Shown: piece by piece, positions 22,177 through 26,124 of the stretch
Numbering within the stretch: position 1 is the first letter of the stretch
How the letters are laid out: each line of letters begins with the position of its first letter
Assembly (NCBI RefSeq): GCF_006345805.1
Contig: NW_021835589.1
Coordinates: forward strand, 1-26,124
Source: Octopus sinensis
Lineage: Eukaryota
Reading direction: 5' to 3'
DNA length: 26,124 nt
Notes under the pieces: model-generated
Database searches by the model: none
What the model was told of the DNA's origin: nothing
What the model saw: the letters and a program-made list of their open reading frames with translations, nothing else
Position numbers and translations under genes: made by a program

Positions 22177-22265
22177 TTAAATGTCTGCGTTGTATTACAT
22201 GAAGATATTTCGCTACTGCACTTGCCATTTCCGCCTCCAAGCTTTAAGTAAAGAAGAGAGAGTAC

Positions 22266-22490
22266 CGTGGACTTTTACAACTGGAATTAACAATGAAGAT
22301 TGCCACAATTGGCTTAAATATCTACCTGAAAATCTCTGATTACTGGATGTTAAAACTTGCCTCAAAAACTGAAAACAAGAAAGCAACATACTCAGTAATA
22401 AAACAGGCAAAGGAATATCTAAGTGAATACCGAATATAACAAATTCCAGAATTAGATGAACTGGAAACAAGCACAGAAAAAGCTAAGCGG
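22266..22490 (+). mobile_element. Internal fragment of a Dong/R4-like ORF (region after the RT-thumb GGRGL motif)
   Basis: Reads RGLLQLELTMKIATIGLNIYLKISDYWMLKLASKTENKKATYSVIKQAKEYLSEYRI*QIPELDELETSTEKAKR with one stop; A-rich codon usage like 3344-3848. Confidence 0.65.
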
Positions 22491-22635
22491 AATTTGAACT
22501 CAGAGCGTAAAGACAGACGAAATAAAGCTAAGCATTTCGCCGGCTTGCTAATGTTTCTGGAAGCATCGTCGACCTCGGTGGAATTTGAACTTAAAACGTT
22601 AAAACTAAGCATTTTGTCCGGCGCGGTACTAACCG
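22487..22635 (-). mobile_element. Two tandem SINE family A head fragments
   Basis: gcggaatttgaactcagagcgtaaagacagacgaaat...gctaagcatttcgcc, then gtcgacctcggtggaatttgaactt...taagcattttgtccggcgc. Confidence 0.8.
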
Positions 22636-22721
22636 GCTTCGGTACCTTTTCCTTCCGTTTACCAAATTCTCAACCAGGTATTGATTGGTTCCCGAGTGGA
22701 AAAGACACGTGCTCAATGTGC
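22636..22721 (-). mobile_element. Degenerate SINE family B fragment
   Basis: ttccgtttaccaaatt...aagacacgtgctcaatgtgc matches the reverse complement of about 14826-14912. Confidence 0.65.
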
Positions 22722-23477
22722 AAAGAAAGATTGTCCATCACGAAGTTTTGCTTGTACCTATATTTGTACCACACACACACACATACATACACAGATACAC
22801 GTGTGTGTGTGAGTGTGTGTATTTATATATTAATTGACAGCGATGGGCATCTGGTGAGTGAAGAAAACGGAGATTGGATATAGCAAGAATATGGATAGAT
22901 TCATAGAAACTCTAAGAAGGAAAACATCTAAGAGATATAAAACGAAAGGAAGATTGAAACGCACAAGATACATGCATATATATATATATATATATTTACA
23001 TACATAGGTACACATGTGTGTATGTGTATGTATGTATACATATACATATTACATTGGTCGTTAGGAAGATGTAGAAAACAGTGGTAGGAAAATTTGAAGG
23101 AAAAAGTCAGGGAGGGAGCAAGGAAGAGATGATAGATAAAAAAAAGTGTGTTTATGTGTATGATGTAGATGATATATAGAAGAGAGGAAGAGGAGAAGGA
23201 AATGGTTAAAGAGATGGAAAGAAGGAACTTATAAAAATGGGGGAAAGATAAAGAATATACATAAAAACAATAAGGAAATATATAAGAGTATTAAAAAAAC
23301 ACACAAAAAACAAACGAGCCAGTGTTAGGCGATTATAAATCACGTCTGATTTAGAAACCCCGTCCTAATAATATACATCTCACATTAGTGATTAATGGTA
23401 TGAGTTACCATAGCAATAGAGAAATGGTGAGGATAATTTTAATTCTAAATTTATAATGGGGAGCCATATTTCTAGAA

Positions 23478-23517
23478 TATATACACATACATACATACAT
23501 ACATACATACATACATT

Positions 23518-23551
<34 letters not shown>

Positions 23552-23576
23552 TTAAATATATATATGTATATATATA

Positions 23577-23633
<57 letters not shown>

Positions 23634-23905
23634 TATATATTATATATATAATATATATATAATATATATATATATATACATATATATGTATACACACAGA
23701 CACATACACATGTACGAATATATATTATATATATATATATATTAATATATATATACATGCATATATATATACGTGTATAATTATATATATGTATGTTTAT
23801 ATATATATATATATTCGTGTACATATGCATATACCTATAACTACATTTCTATAAATATGTATACACATACATACATATGTGTATGTATGTATATATGTAT
23901 ATATA

Positions 23906-23956
<51 letters not shown>

Positions 23957-24043
23957 ATATAATATATATATATATATAATATATATATATATAATATATA
24001 TATACCAACATACATAGGTGTATATATAATATATATATATATA
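23478..24043. repeat. (TACA)n then long degenerate (TA)n
   Basis: Seen directly. Confidence 0.95.
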
Positions 24044-24581
24044 AATCGTAATGGCAACATTAAGAAAGCTGCATCAACGCTTAGCAACAACAACAACAAC
24101 CATAAACCTAAAGATGGTGGTAAGACCGAAAATATTAATTATAGTAACACGTCCATTTATTTATTGTGGCAAAAACCAGAGCAGTAGCGATGAGGGAGAG
24201 AGAGAGAATGAGAGAGAGAGAGAGAGCGATGTACAAATAGATAGATTAAAAATATAGACAAATTGGGTGAGAGAGGTAGAGAAAGAAATATATATATAGA
24301 GAGAGAGGAAACAGAGGGAGGGGAAGAGAAAGGGAGAGTTTTGATTCACGGAGTGTGACTGGGAAAGTGCTATGCAGTGCATTTATTGTTTTTGTAACGT
24401 TCCTCTCCCAGAGCGACGAAACCGTTCTGCACGCACTCGTGTAGTGTCCAACCATTTCGGACCTGTGGGCTTATGCCGAAGGGCTGCTGTCACGTGTGGG
24501 ACGAGTCCACCTATCGGCCGAGTCTATCGTGGAAATTGCTCCACCCACTTCTCTCAACCTGGAAGGCAAGGCAATTTTCTG

Positions 24582-24812
24582 TTTCGATGTTACCCAGAAG
24601 GGGCTAAACATAGAGGGGACAAACAAGGACAGACAAACGGATTAAGTCGATTACATCGAAACCAGTGCGTAACTGGTACTTAATTTATCGAAATACCGAA
24701 AGGATGAAAGGCAAAGTCGACCTCGGCGGAATTTGAACGCAGAACGTACGACGGGCGAAATACCGCGAAGCGCTTCGCTCAGCGTGCTGACGTCTGTGCC
24801 AGCTCGCCGCCT
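24582..24812 (-). mobile_element. Full-length SINE family A
   Basis: Reverse complement of 18381-18618, including the 5' end aggcggcgagctggca and the B-box-like gttcaaattcc. Confidence 0.92.
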
Positions 24813-24901
24813 TAGTCACGGGAGTTTTCATCGTACAGGTGGCCATGGTGAAAGAATGTGTGTGGTGGACTCGAGCGAAAGGATTAGAGACAAACACTTA
24901 C

Positions 24902-25056
24902 CTCTCTGGTCAATCGCTCATCAACTTTTTCAAGTACTACTTGAAAAGGAAGGTGAGAATGGAGAGGCAGGTTTTGTCTCGTGAAAGTTTAAAAAAAGGT
25001 GGGTGAATGTAGCAAAGATGGTGCGTGCGAGTGACGAAACCACTTTGAGCATGATC
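24902..25056 (-). other. Candidate non-coding (UTR or lncRNA) exon, 155 nt
   Basis: Acceptor ctctctgtcttttatgatttacAG| with pyrimidine tract and consensus donor gag|GTAAGT; stops in all three frames. Confidence 0.4.
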
Positions 25057-25372
25057 CTGTAAATCATAAAAGACAGAGAGAGAGAGAGAGAGAGTACTTT
25101 GCTATCATGTGTTTATATACTCCCTGCCTGTGGTTACCGTGGTCTTTTCTGTAGGCTTTTCTTTCCAAGGATGAACCTAATCTTGTTTCTTAATTTAAGA
25201 AAAAAAAAAAAATTCTTTCTGCGATACACGATCTCTTTTGATCGTTTTTTTCCGATCCCTTTTGATCAAAATTTTACATTTGTTTCCTTTTACTCCTTTT
25301 TCTTTTTCACTCTTCGAAAGGAAAAGCTCTACATTTCTGTTTGTCCCCTCTGTGTGGCCAATAAAGAGAGTT

Positions 25373-25394
25373 ATCTATCTGTCTGTCTTTCTGC

Positions 25395-25487
<93 letters not shown>

Positions 25488-25514
25488 GGTATGTATGCGC
25501 GCACACACACATAC

Positions 25515-25577
<63 letters not shown>
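25373..25577. repeat. (TATC)n, (TA)n and (TG)n compound microsatellite
   Basis: Seen directly. Confidence 0.95.
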
Positions 25578-25578
<1 letters not shown>

Positions 25579-25606
25579 GAGGCGCAATGGACCAGTGGTT
25601 AGGGCA
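25578..25606 (+). mobile_element. Isolated tRNA-like SINE head remnant (A-box only)
   Basis: ggaggcgcaatggaccagtggttagggca resembles a tRNA 5' arm (TGGNNNAGTGG); no B-box follows. Confidence 0.45.
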
Positions 25607-25938
25607 CATACACAATTAATATATATATATATATATATATCAGTACATAAACAACGTGTGCCTTACCTACGTCACGTTACAAATATAGCTTCACGTGTAA
25701 AATTATATTTTCCCGATTCACATAATTTATTCTTAACTCCGTAGGCATATATATATAGACCGGGAGATCTGTATTTGTAGATAGAGCGATGAAGTTGATA
25801 TAAATATATCGATAAATTGATTGATACATTAGCGTTTATCTTGCCTTTCAAACGGCTTCGTTATCAGTATGCAAATATACACAAATTACTGTATATGTAT
25901 TGGAATAATTATGCTTGTGTATATAAATAAATGTGTCT

Positions 25939-25976
<38 letters not shown>

Positions 25977-26124
25977 GTATATATAAATATATATATATAT
26001 ATGTGCATGTGTGTATGTGTGTAAGTATATTTCATCCTCGTCCTCTGTTGTCGAGTCTGTGTATGATTGACCAGGCGAATAATCAAGTGGGCATCTTAAT
26101 CATTGAATTATTGTGGCAATTGGT

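Noticed and set aside
24393-24837. Possible solo LTR (starts TGTAAC, ends cgtaCA) interrupted by a SINE
   Set aside because: Terminal inverted match is imperfect, there is no target-site duplication, and no PBS or PPT is visible

Overview
AT-rich eukaryotic, non-coding-dominated window; the repeat content resembles what I recall from octopus (coleoid cephalopod) genomes, which is an inference. A large share is simple-sequence repeat (TA, TG/CA, GA, GATA, TAA, CTA/CTG, TTC, CAT), and almost every ORF in the supplied track is a microsatellite artefact. No complete protein-coding gene is present. The recognisable coding sequence is transposon-derived: the 3' end of an R4/Dong-clade non-LTR retrotransposon with a restriction-like endonuclease, embedded in a (TAA)n array (3344-3952); a second Dong-like post-RT fragment (22266-22490); a mariner D34D transposase fragment (10208-10595); and a decayed CR1/L2-type LINE (about 16710-17200, minus strand). 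There are two tRNA-derived SINE families with many copies, including a four-unit tandem SINE array with A-B-A-B higher-order structure (18381-19179). Also present are two copies of a ~220-bp mariner-derived MITE, a ~555-bp structured non-coding element inside (TAA)n that shares a terminal motif with the Dong element, two fold-back elements, a decayed hammerhead-ribozyme-like fold and a degenerate 30-bp minisatellite. Splice signals suggest, but do not prove, a minus-strand host transcript with exons at 24902-25056 and 5494-5749. The best candidate for an undescribed system is a TAA-microsatellite-targeting LINE with a non-autonomous structured partner. All calls were made by eye without database searches.
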